A stretch of DNA of 34,706 nt. Origin: a virus. Taxonomy: Duplodnaviria; Caudoviricetes. The translations under genes and the position numbers were made by a program. How positions within the stretch are numbered: position 1 is the first letter of the stretch; each line of letters begins with the position of its first letter. Positions 28,486-34,706 of this stretch are shown in pieces. The notes under the pieces were generated by a model, which searched no databases, was not told the origin of the DNA, and saw only the letters and a program-made list of their open reading frames with translations. The DNA lies in the IMG/VR virus record IMGVR_UViG_3300032237_001368, positions 1 to 34,706 of that record. One strand, 5' to 3'.

Positions 28486-28575
28486 TAGAAAAAGAAGCGG
28501 AATTAAGGGTTACTTCAAAATCAATCTTCCAAATCGATAAAAACAAACACTCTTAGTAGTATTTCTCTTTTTCTA
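28486..28575 (+). ncRNA. Candidate Y-RNA-like element 1
   Basis: 10-bp terminal stem TAGAAAAAGA/TCTTTTTCTA; GCGG-N8-GTTACTTC; TAAGGGT/ACTCTTA; own promoter at 28449. Confidence 0.6.
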
Positions 28576-28580
28576 AATTT

Positions 28581-28655
28581 AGTTCCTTAGCTCAGTTGGT
28601 TCAGAGCAATTGCCTTACAAGCAATAGGTCATAGGTTCGAATCCTATAGGGACTA
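28581..28655 (+). tRNA. tRNA-Val(TAC)
   Basis: ATTGC-CTTACAA-GCAAT. Confidence 0.92.
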
Positions 28656-28809
28656 CTTAAAATCAATAATAATCCATGCGTCTCTCAACTGAGGATTATG
28701 AACACAGATTACACCAGAGGGATTTGTAGTCCGCGGTTGATAAAAATGTTGTCGGAACGTAACTCCAAAACCTATCGAATAGGAAATGTGTTAGGGGATG
28801 ACAGCTCCC

Positions 28810-28885
28810 GCGGTAGTAGCTCAATTGGTAGAGCACTGTCCTTCCAAGTCGGGAGTTGCAGGTTCGATCCCTGTCTACCGCTCCA
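28810..28885 (+). tRNA. tRNA-Gly(TCC), encoded CCA
   Basis: Loop CTTCCAA; GCGGTAG/CTACCGC-TCCA. Confidence 0.92.
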
Positions 28886-28935
28886 ATAGAGTTTTTATCC
28901 GTGCACGGTTCTCTTATAAAAAACCGAGGACACCT

Positions 28936-29006
28936 GCTCTCAAAGTGTTACGGTAGCACATATGGATTTGGCCCATATAGCCTTGGTTCGACCCCAGGTG
29001 AGAGTA
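28936..29006 (+). tRNA. tRNA-Gln(TTG)
   Basis: TATGG-ATTTGGC-CCATA. Confidence 0.85.
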
Positions 29007-29009
29007 CAA

Positions 29010-29180
29010 TTTACTGCTTTGAAGTTGAATAGTGAGATGAGTTAATTTCTATAGGTCAATTCACTGGATGAAAATTCTGTATAAACTCACAGCTATTACA
29101 GTAGCGTTATTCAATGAAAGAGATATACACTTCATGCGTCGTGAAGCCTCTATATTCTCTTCTGTAAAAGAGACAGTAAA
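29010..29180 (+). ncRNA. Candidate structured RNA (~170 nt)
   Basis: TTTACTG/CAGTAAA closes two long arms. Confidence 0.55.
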
Positions 29181-29188
29181 ATAAAATT

Positions 29189-29275
29189 GGTAGGGTGTGC
29201 AAGTGGTCAAAAGCGACTAGTCTTGAAAACTAGTGTGGTGTCAAAGCCCCGTGGGTTCGAATCCCACCCCTACCG
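29189..29275 (+). tRNA. tRNA-Ser(TGA)
   Basis: CTAGT-CTTGAAA-ACTAG, variable arm. Confidence 0.92.
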
Positions 29276-29287
29276 CAACAATTATTT

Positions 29288-29360
29288 GGTGATGAAGCTA
29301 ACTAGGTAGAAGCGCAAGACTGAAAATCTTGAGGAATTGGTTCGATACCAATCGTCACCA
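29288..29360 (+). tRNA. tRNA-Phe(GAA)
   Basis: CAAGA-CTGAAAA-TCTTG. Confidence 0.9.
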
Positions 29361-29368
29361 CATTAAAT

Positions 29369-29441
29369 AGTCCAGAGGTCAAACGGTTAAGATGCCACAT
29401 TGTCACTGTCGGCGGAGCGGGTTCAACTCCCGTCTGGACTG
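29369..29441 (+). tRNA. tRNA-Asp(GTC)
   Basis: ACA-TTGTCAC-TGT; AGTCCAG/CTGGACT. Confidence 0.85.
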
Positions 29442-29449
29442 CAATTATA

Positions 29450-29523
29450 GCACCTTTAGCTCAATTGGTGAGAGCAACGCGCTCATAACGCGGAGGTTAT
29501 AGGTTCAAATCCTTTATGGCGCA
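29450..29523 (+). tRNA. tRNA with CAT anticodon (Met or Ile2)
   Basis: CGCG-CTCATAA-CGCG; two acceptor mismatches. Confidence 0.8.
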
Positions 29524-29586
29524 CATTTTATTTTGTAAATCCAAAAGATTTACTTATCTTTAAGTATAGCAGTTAAAAAATAGAAT

Positions 29587-29787
29587 ATGAAAAAGATTGT
29601 AATTTTCGAAGACGTTATTAAAGAACTTCCGTCTGGTACAGTTAGTAAGAACAGGGTTGTATTGCGATCGATTACGCCAAATGCAAGTTTTTGCGGTTTC
29701 ACAAAAAATGGTGCAGTGATCGACTCGGAAGTACGTAAATTGTGTTCATATCTTGAACCAAAATTTACTGGTTACTACATATCGTAG
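29587..29787 (+). CDS. Hypothetical protein
   Basis: Follows promoter 29532. Confidence 0.6.
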   Translation: MKKIVIFEDVIKELPSGTVSKNRVVLRSITPNASFCGFTKNGAVIDSEVRKLCSYLEPKFTGYYIS

Positions 29788-29798
29788 CAATCACATAT

Positions 29799-29869
29799 GG
29801 TGACTGTAGTGTAATGGTAGCACGAGAAGTTGTGAACTTCTTAGAAAGGGATCGAAACCCACTGTCACA
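29799..29869 (+). tRNA. tRNA-His(GTG)
   Basis: AGAAG-TTGTGAA-CTTCT; G-1 present. Confidence 0.82.
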
Positions 29870-29873
29870 CAAA

Positions 29874-29959
29874 GTAAGGTAGGCGAATTTTGGTAGTTGT
29901 ACCTGTTTTCTAAACAGCGTAACGTAAAAGCTTCGAGAAGCCGTTTAAATCATCTTACA
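29874..29959 (+). pseudogene. Degenerate class-II tRNA-like element
   Basis: GTAAGGT/ATCTTAC acceptor, GGTAG D-loop, CTGT-TTTCTAA-ACAG, GCTTC-GA-GAAGC hairpin, no proper T arm. Confidence 0.5.
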
Positions 29960-29965
29960 CAAAAT

Positions 29966-30046
29966 GCCCCGTTGGTGGAACTGGTAAACACGCCGCACTT
30001 AGAATGCGGAGCTCCGGCATTAGGGGTTCGACTCCCCTATGTGGTA
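29966..30046 (+). tRNA. tRNA-Leu(TAG)
   Basis: CCGCA-CTTAGAA-TGCGG. Confidence 0.85.
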
Positions 30047-30062
30047 CATTTTAAAAATAGTT

Positions 30063-30134
30063 GGCATCATAGTATAACGGATAGTACATGGAGCTTCTAC
30101 CTCCAGAATCCAGGTTCGAGTCCTGGTGGTGTCT
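30063..30134 (+). tRNA. tRNA-Arg(TCT)
   Basis: TGGAG-CTTCTAC-CTCCA. Confidence 0.88.
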
Positions 30135-30217
30135 CAAAAAATTATCTATATATAAGTATGACTATTGTTTTTTTCATTTTAACTTTAAATGAGTGTTGAA
30201 AATTTCAAATATAAAAA

Positions 30218-30291
30218 GACTTTATAGCTCAACTGAATAGAGCACTTGGCTACGAACCAAGAGGTTGTAGGTTTGAATCCTGCTAAAGTCG
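30218..30291 (+). tRNA. tRNA-Arg(ACG)
   Basis: CTTGG-CTACGAA-CCAAG. Confidence 0.9.
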
Positions 30292-30297
30292 CAATTT

Positions 30298-30372
30298 GGG
30301 CAATTGGCTGAGTGGTCAAAGGCGCTGGTCTGCAAAATCAAACAATCATTGGTTCGAATCCAATATTGCCCT
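30298..30372 (+). tRNA. tRNA-Cys(GCA)
   Basis: TGGT-CTGCAAA-ATCA; GGGCAAT/ATTGCCC-T. Confidence 0.88.
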
Positions 30373-30418
30373 CAAGATTGGAAAATCGCAATAATTATAT
30401 ATGTAGAAAAAAAGTTTT

Positions 30419-30904
30419 ATGGTCCGGGCATTCAAAAGTTTAACGAACAGACAAAGTGTAGATTTAATTCCATATATTCAAAAGTATCTGTTGGAAAATA
30501 CAGAGACTGAAATATTCATTGGGTGCGATTCTCAAAATCATGGACGTATAACTTCATTTGCTACGGTTATTGTGCTGCATAATAAAGGTAGAGGCGGACA
30601 CGTTTTATATTCTCAGGATTCAATCCCTAGAACTAAATCAGGACGTCAAAACGCAAAGACTGAAGTTGAATTTCAAAGACTTTGGTCTGAAGTTGAAAGG
30701 TCGATAGAAACTGCTGAATATTTAAAGTCACATAACATCAAGCGTCCGACATTCATCGACATTGACTTGAATCCAGACCCACAGTTCAAATCGAACCAAG
30801 CTCTTCGGGCTGCGTTAGGATATGTTGAGTCTTTAGGTTATGTTGTAAGATGTAAACCCGATGCTGTTTCCGCAACATATGTTGCAGATAAATTGTGTAA
30901 ATAA
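30419..30904 (+). CDS. Ribonuclease H-like YkuK (DUF458) family protein
   Basis: IFIGCDSQ, GGHVLY, RLWSEV..S, IDID.N, KP.A..A.YVAD. Confidence 0.85.
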   Translation: MVRAFKSLTNRQSVDLIPYIQKYLLENTETEIFIGCDSQNHGRITSFATVIVLHNKGRGGHVLYSQDSIPRTKSGRQNAKTEVEFQRLWSEVERSIETAEYLKSHNIKRPTFIDIDLNPDPQFKSNQALRAALGYVESLGYVVRCKPDAVSATYVADKLCK

Positions 30905-30945
30905 ATTTTGAATTAACCAAAAGGTTATCTTATATTTAAGTATAA

Positions 30946-31153
30946 AGAAATTGATGTTGAAAAAGTAAATTGTAAGTATGTTGAATGGGACACTGCCAGA
31001 ACCCAATAAAAGATAGTTCAACGAAAGCAATTGAAAGACAATGGCGCATCGGGTAACTCACTGGGCTGCAACCCACACCGAGTGTGAGAGGTCAATACCA
31101 ACAACCTCCTTTATCCCGAAATGGTAAGAAGTAAGGTCAATGCATCAATTTCT
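30946..31153 (+). ncRNA. Candidate 208-nt multi-domain structured RNA
   Basis: Perfect 11-bp closing stem AGAAATTGATG/CATCAATTTCT; starts at promoter 30907 and abuts tRNA-Glu. Confidence 0.7.
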
Positions 31154-31227
31154 GTCCGAGTGGCCAAATTGGTTAAGGCACCACCCTTTCACGGTGGCAA
31201 TTGAGGGTTCGAGCCCCTTCTCGGATA
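31154..31227 (+). tRNA. tRNA-Glu(TTC)
   Basis: CCACC-CTTTCAC-GGTGG. Confidence 0.92.
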
Positions 31228-31245
31228 CATTGCAAAATATTTTAG

Positions 31246-31479
31246 TTAGACGCGGTCGTAATGGTTACTTCGAATTCGTCTGTTAACGGGCGAGAGGTCG
31301 CAGGTTCGAATCCTGCCCCCGCTACTTTAGTTCTTTATTTTTCGTTTGAAGCGGTTGTTAGAGTTACTTCAACTATCCTTTCAGAAAGGAGATCGGGACG
31401 CAGCAATGCCAAAGACTCCAAAAAGTGTAAACACTCATCTCACTTTAAAAATAGAGTTCGGATCATTATACCGGTCTAG
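31246..31479 (+). ncRNA. Candidate Y RNA (YrlA-like, with T arm) containing a nested second Y-like element (31333-31456)
   Basis: Bulged terminal helix 31246-31264/31463-31479; two GCGG-N8-GTTACTTC motifs; GCAGG-TTCGAAT-CCTGC. Confidence 0.65.
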
Positions 31480-31561
31480 AAATGAGGGTACGAATCATTG
31501 ACGTAATCAATAATACTTTGACAAAGTATTCTCAAACGATAAATAAAAAACAAAATTATTT

Positions 31562-31625
31562 AATCGGAGCGGCTGTAAGTGTTACATCGGTGAATGTCAA
31601 AAACACTTACTCATTATTCCCGGTT
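31562..31625 (+). ncRNA. Candidate minimal Y-RNA-like element 4
   Basis: AATCGG/CCGGTT; GCGG-N8-GTTACATC; GTAAGTGTT/AACACTTAC. Confidence 0.6.
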
Positions 31626-31678
31626 TTATGTTTTTAATACCTCGTGAGTATTCCTATTCACTCGAGTCTTTTTACACG

Positions 31679-31705
31679 AACCGGCCCTGTAAGGTCGGTT
31701 TTTTT
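31679..31705 (+). terminator. Intrinsic terminator closing the RNA cluster
   Basis: AACCGGCC-CTGTAA-GGTCGGTT-TTTTT. Confidence 0.8.
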
Positions 31706-31773
31706 ATGACTTGTTTTGAGTAATTCAAAAGAATTACATACATTTAAGTATAGAGAAAAAATAAAAATAGAAA

Positions 31774-32178
31774 ATGAACTTTAAAAAGCGGTTTCGGGTA
31801 CATTTACGTCGAGCAATTCGTAAAAGTCAAAATGCATTTAGTTCGGAAAAGAAACTTTCTGAAACACAAGAATTGGCTATTTCAGTAATTAAGCGGGCTA
31901 TTTCACATCCAGACGCCAAGCTGTTAACAGCACCTATATCAGGTACCAAATACATTCATTTCAATGACGTTTTTATTCGTATTGAAAAATGTTATGTTAA
32001 CATAATCAATGGAAGTTATTCTTATCACGTTGATATGTTTGATGAAACGCTAAACTCCATTAATCATAAATTCAATGCTAAGTTAGAATTGACTTACAAG
32101 CGTTGGGAAAGAACGATAACAGCAAAAACGAATAAAAGTTTAAACACAATATTACAAGAATTAAACAATATAAAATAA
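31774..32178 (+). CDS. Basic hypothetical protein, co-transcribed with Ro60
   Basis: Promoter 31715; 3 nt from the TROVE start. Confidence 0.75.
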   Translation: MNFKKRFRVHLRRAIRKSQNAFSSEKKLSETQELAISVIKRAISHPDAKLLTAPISGTKYIHFNDVFIRIEKCYVNIINGSYSYHVDMFDETLNSINHKFNAKLELTYKRWERTITAKTNKSLNTILQELNNIK

Positions 32179-32181
32179 TTT

Positions 32182-33795
32182 ATGTCAACATTATCTAAGT
32201 ATTCGAAAAAAGAAGTTGCAGCAGTTAGAAAGCATGAAGATGTTGTAATTGAAAATTTCATGGGCGGAAACTCTTATACATTGTCTCCGTTGACAACGCT
32301 ACGAATTGTAGCCGCTTCATCTATATTTGGAGAACCACAATATTATCGAGATGGCATCGAATCTACAAAAACAATTCGCAACTATACTACATTGATGGAG
32401 TATTCAATCTTCAGTGCAATGTTGAAAGACACTTGTACTGCAGCTGACGTGTTTACGTCTGCGATTGATGCTGCGTTGGATTTTGATTTCAAAGGAACTT
32501 TGGACCTGGCTCTAGAACTGCGCGTAGAGTATTTCATGAGGCTGAATCCATCAGTGATATTTGTTCGTGCAACTGAACACAAAAATCGAGTAGCCTTCAA
32601 TGAAGCTAATCCAGGTTACATGAAGCGAATTGGTAAGTCGATTGCCATTCGTCCAGACGACGTTACCAACCAGTTCGATTACTTCATGTTCTTGAACAAG
32701 TCGAAAAATGGTCTACCATCTATTTTAAAGCGTACTTGGGCAGAGACTTTAGAGTCTTTCTCTCGTTATCAGTTGAACAAGTACAAAGGAAAGTCTTTAA
32801 TTGACTTGGTTCGTATATCACACGCGAACAACGTTCACATCAATGAATTGATGAAAACAGGTACATTGGTTATGCCAGATGAGGATAGGACTTGGGAACA
32901 GTTGAAATCTGAAGGTAAGTCTTGGGAAGAGATTCTTCAGACCATTGACATGCCGCACATGTCTTTGTTGAGAAACCTTCGTGGCATTTTCACTGAAATC
33001 AAAGATCGTGGTGCTGCAGAAGAAATTCTTTCAAAGTTGAAGTCTGGGGTATTGCGTGGAAAGCAGTTTCCATTCCGTTACTTCTCAGCATATCGTGCTA
33101 TACAAAATGGCGGTTCTTGCAACCATCAAGGGTTGATTTTAGATGCATTGGAAGAATGTCTGGATATCGCAGTAGCGAATATGCCAAAGCTTTCCGGCCG
33201 CGTAGCTTGTTTGTCAGACAACTCAGGTTCTTCTTGGGGAGCTATGAATTCTGAATATGGTACGGTTACTGTAGCTGAAATAGCTAACTTATCATCATTG
33301 ATTACGGCTGCCCAGGCCGATGAGGGTGAAGTAGGAGTGTTCGGAGACAGACTTTCACTGAAAGCAGTTTCTAAAAGAAATGGTATTCTGTCCCAGTTAC
33401 AAGAAACTTGTAGACGTGGAAAGTCACAAGGCGGTGCAACTGAAAGTGGTGTTTGGTTGTTCTGGGAAAACGCAATACGTGAAAAAATTCATTATGACAC
33501 TGTATTCATCTATTCGGATATGCAGGCTGGGCATGGTGGATTGTTTGGATGTGCTAAGGAATTTAGATACAAGAATGTCCGATGTATCGATGTGTTAGCA
33601 TTGGTAGAAAGATATCGTCAGACAGTGAATGCAAAAGTCAATGTCTTTTCAGTGCAAGTTGCTGGATATGACAACACAGTTCTTCCAGAAAACCTGTATC
33701 GTGGAGCAATCCTGGCAGGTTGGACAGGGAAGGAGCCCGCGTACGCCAAAGCCGTAATCGACGCTTGGGACCAAGCAGAAGGTATTAAGAAATAG
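32182..33795 (+). CDS. TROVE-domain protein (Ro60/Rsr homolog)
   Basis: ENFMGG..Y, FSRYQL.KY, DLVRISH, TWE, MSLLRNLR, QFPFRY..AY; C-terminal vWA DNSGS...YSDMQ. Confidence 0.92.
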   Translation: MSTLSKYSKKEVAAVRKHEDVVIENFMGGNSYTLSPLTTLRIVAASSIFGEPQYYRDGIESTKTIRNYTTLMEYSIFSAMLKDTCTAADVFTSAIDAALDFDFKGTLDLALELRVEYFMRLNPSVIFVRATEHKNRVAFNEANPGYMKRIGKSIAIRPDDVTNQFDYFMFLNKSKNGLPSILKRTWAETLESFSRYQLNKYKGKSLIDLVRISHANNVHINELMKTGTLVMPDEDRTWEQLKSEGKSWEEILQTIDMPHMSLLRNLRGIFTEIKDRGAAEEILSKLKSGVLRGKQFPFRYFSAYRAIQNGGSCNHQGLILDALEECLDIAVANMPKLSGRVACLSDNSGSSWGAMNSEYGTVTVAEIANLSSLITAAQADEGEVGVFGDRLSLKAVSKRNGILSQLQETCRRGKSQGGATESGVWLFWENAIREKIHYDTVFIYSDMQAGHGGLFGCAKEFRYKNVRCIDVLALVERYRQTVNAKVNVFSVQVAGYDNTVLPENLYRGAILAGWTGKEPAYAKAVIDAWDQAEGIKK

Positions 33796-33950
33796 TTTAA
33801 TACACACATAATATTTGAAAAACACCAATATTTTTTATTTATATTGACACATTAGATAAATTTTTATATCACATTATTTTGCAGGAAATGTAAAATAATT
33901 TTGGTAGATTGAATTTAATTCCTTAATTTTAAGTATAAATAATAAGATAT

Positions 33951-34178
33951 ATGGCAACAGCTAAAAGGACAAACACCGTAAAATTTGGTAAATTCGCAAT
34001 AGTATTGGAAAAAGGCCAGTTGATGTATTATACCAGTGGTGAACTTTCTAAAGTTAGGGACGTTAACCCGAGCTTCAACAACAATGACTTGTATGAATTG
34101 GCTGTTCGCATAACTGAAAAGAATGACTATGGTACGATAGAAAATACCACAAAGGACAAGGTAGTGAAAAAATTCTAA
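33951..34178 (+). CDS. Hypothetical protein
   Basis: Promoter 33900 plus AATAAGATATATG leader. Confidence 0.7.
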   Translation: MATAKRTNTVKFGKFAIVLEKGQLMYYTSGELSKVRDVNPSFNNNDLYELAVRITEKNDYGTIENTTKDKVVKKF

Positions 34179-34206
34179 TTTTAGACTTTAAAAGTACAGT
34201 ATTAAT

Positions 34207-34425
34207 GTGAACCGTATGCCAAAACAAAAATCACGTTATCGGATCGTACCAACGACCAATGAAAAGTTTGGTTCTTGTTGGGCCTTGAAAGAAGGTGACC
34301 AGTTGTTAGGCACCTTTATAAGTAAGCAACATGCAGAAAAGCGTAAACTGCAATTGGAGATGAAATCTGAAGAAGATTTCCTGTTGGTTGCAACTCGCAA
34401 ACAAGAACTTAAAATTGAAGATTGA
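34207..34425 (+). CDS. Hypothetical protein
   Basis: 72-aa ORF. Confidence 0.6.
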   Translation: MNRMPKQKSRYRIVPTTNEKFGSCWALKEGDQLLGTFISKQHAEKRKLQLEMKSEEDFLLVATRKQELKIED

Positions 34426-34428
34426 TTT

Positions 34429-34706
34429 ATGAAAAAATTCATCCACAGACATTATTTACCTCCAATGTTCCACATGTCAAATGGTCAAAAGTTTCTTTGT
34501 CCGTCTTGGCAACCGGTTCCAATGGAAACGACTTTAAATGATGTGGAATGGATTAATCCATATAACAAGTCAGTAAAAAAGACGAAGGCCCCGATGGGTA
34601 AGGAATGGATGTTTCCTTCCTCTTCACAAAAAGGTGTTGTGTACACAGTTAGAATCGTTAACGAACAAATTACTTGTTCGTGCCCTGGGGCATGGAGCGC
34701 AAAAAA
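34429..34706 (+). CDS. SWIM-type zinc-finger protein (partial)
   Basis: SS...YTV......TCSCPG running off the window end. Confidence 0.65.
   Translation, partial: MKKFIHRHYLPPMFHMSNGQKFLCPSWQPVPMETTLNDVEWINPYNKSVKKTKAPMGKEWMFPSSSQKGVVYTVRIVNEQITCSCPGAWSAK

Noticed and set aside
12724-30134. Stop-codon reassignment (TAG or TGA) with suppressor tRNA
   Set aside because: Only isolated in-frame stops; conserved genes end normally at TAG or TGA; the 30063 loop CTTCTAC reads TCT (Arg), not CTA
27230-31245. HDV-like (theta) or hammerhead ribozymes in tRNA trailers
   Set aside because: No nested double-pseudoknot or CUGAUGA/GAAA core found by eye; a motif search would be needed to exclude them
31276-31325. 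Second tRNA-Asn or tRNA-Met
   Set aside because: Has a T arm and GTT hairpin but no D arm or matching 5' acceptor strand; better explained as part of the Y-like RNA
28698-31479. ORFs 28698, 29897, 30304 and 31261
   Set aside because: They run through tRNA or structured RNA genes

Overview
Gene-dense, almost entirely plus-strand segment of a large lytic dsDNA phage, very probably infecting a Bacteroidota host. The host call rests on more than 20 copies of a TTTG-N20-TAnnTTTA promoter, A-rich leaders without Shine-Dalgarno sites, and a DUF4494-like gene. The window opens with about 1 kb of non-coding DNA carrying a palindromic tandem array, followed by an early region of promoter-delimited small genes and a MoxR-type AAA+ / metallopeptidase-vWA pair. 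Next come a tmRNA with a 26-aa tag and a thymidylate synthase fractured by an intron-less HNH endonuclease cassette. These are followed by an RNA/DNA end-healing block (two metallophosphoesterases, cyclic-phosphate receiver, HAD, DRB0094-type RNA ligase, DNA ligase), SPFH, a beta-barrel and an SLT transglycosylase. The right end holds a 22-tRNA set covering all 20 amino acids and a Ro60/TROVE gene. The most unusual signal is the non-coding RNA complement: four elements sharing GCGG-N8-GTTAC(T/A)TC (candidate Y RNAs, one nested inside another, three close to Ro60), several tRNA mimics with intact elbows but rebuilt anticodon arms, and four or more unassigned structured RNAs filling the tRNA spacers. 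All structures were folded by eye, and several frameshifts suggest the sequence contains indel errors.
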